From Octopus bimaculoides (taxonomy: Eukaryota), in NCBI RefSeq assembly GCF_001194135.2, contig NC_068997.1, positions 32,185,182 through 32,218,645 on the forward strand: 33,464 bases of DNA, in the 5' to 3' direction. The notes under the pieces were generated by a model. The model ran no database searches and was not told where the DNA came from. It was given only the letters and a program-made list of their open reading frames with translations. Positions 32,944 to 33,464 of this stretch are shown piece by piece; positions within the stretch are counted from its first letter, which is position 1; each line of letters begins with the position of its first letter. Made by a program: the position numbers and the translations under genes.

Positions 32944-33086
32944 AAAATTACTTTATCTACTCTGTCTATTCGCACATTCGACAGTTACACGCTGTATCTA
33001 TGCTGTTCACTTCTACATTCTGTGTCTACCCATTCGATATGAAGACGCTAACTCTACTTAACTAATCAAAATTTGCACACGTGACT

Positions 33087-33290
33087 CAGTGGTTCTCTAC
33101 CGGGGTCCAGATGGTCCTTGGGGTTTTAGATGGCCCTTGGAAGTCCTTATCAGGTTTCTGCTGTTAAAATTGACTTGCAATAAATTGGTTATACTTTTAG
33201 AATACACAAAGTATTTCAACAATTTTTAAAATACAATTCCTAATAATATTTAATTATAAAAAGATAATGGAACGTTTTAAAATATCGAAT
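33087..33290 (+). mobile_element. Possible 5' end of a hAT-Charlie MITE
   Basis: Starts CAGTGGTTCTCTACCGGGG (Charlie-like TIR); no partner TIR seen. Confidence 0.4.
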
Positions 33291-33302
33291 GGCTATATAT
33301 AT

Positions 33303-33400
33303 ATGGATCAAAACAGTTTGATCCATTTTTGGCTGACGGCTAGCATCACGCTTGACACTCAAGAGTACCTACGAATTTGGATCAAACTGTTTTGATGCAT
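33303..33400. repeat. 98-bp inverted-repeat unit with self-palindromic ends
   Basis: ATGGATCAAAACAGTTTGATCCA versus reverse complement of TGGATCAAACTGTTTTGATGCAT, 22/23 match. Confidence 0.7.
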
Positions 33401-33464
33401 ACATGTAACTCCCAAAAAACTGGTTGAGTGCCTTCTTTCGTTTGTCCCCTAACTCGTATATATA

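Overview
Animal non-coding DNA from a short-read-style scaffold: 14 N-gaps totalling about 5.5 kb, most abutting (TA)n, (TG)n or (TATG)n microsatellites. The dense microsatellites and tRNA-headed SINE families look like an octopus/coleoid genome (inference from repeat content, no search run). No intact gene is present. Most long ORFs in the track are microsatellite or gap artefacts. Supported content: decayed LINEs (two RTE-clade pieces, one with an internal inversion, and one HERO-like element with a restriction-like endonuclease), two SINE families (about 15 copies or fragments, several with TSDs), mariner and hAT transposase relics, several MITEs, and one plausible terminal coding exon with a poly-Asp tail (13836-14087, minus). 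The most notable signal is RNA-level: a complete type I hammerhead ribozyme fold (3107-3193) inside an 880-bp element bounded by 103-bp inverted repeats, and a second minimal hammerhead with a non-canonical core (17728-17763, minus). Both fit Penelope-like or retrozyme-like non-autonomous retroelements.
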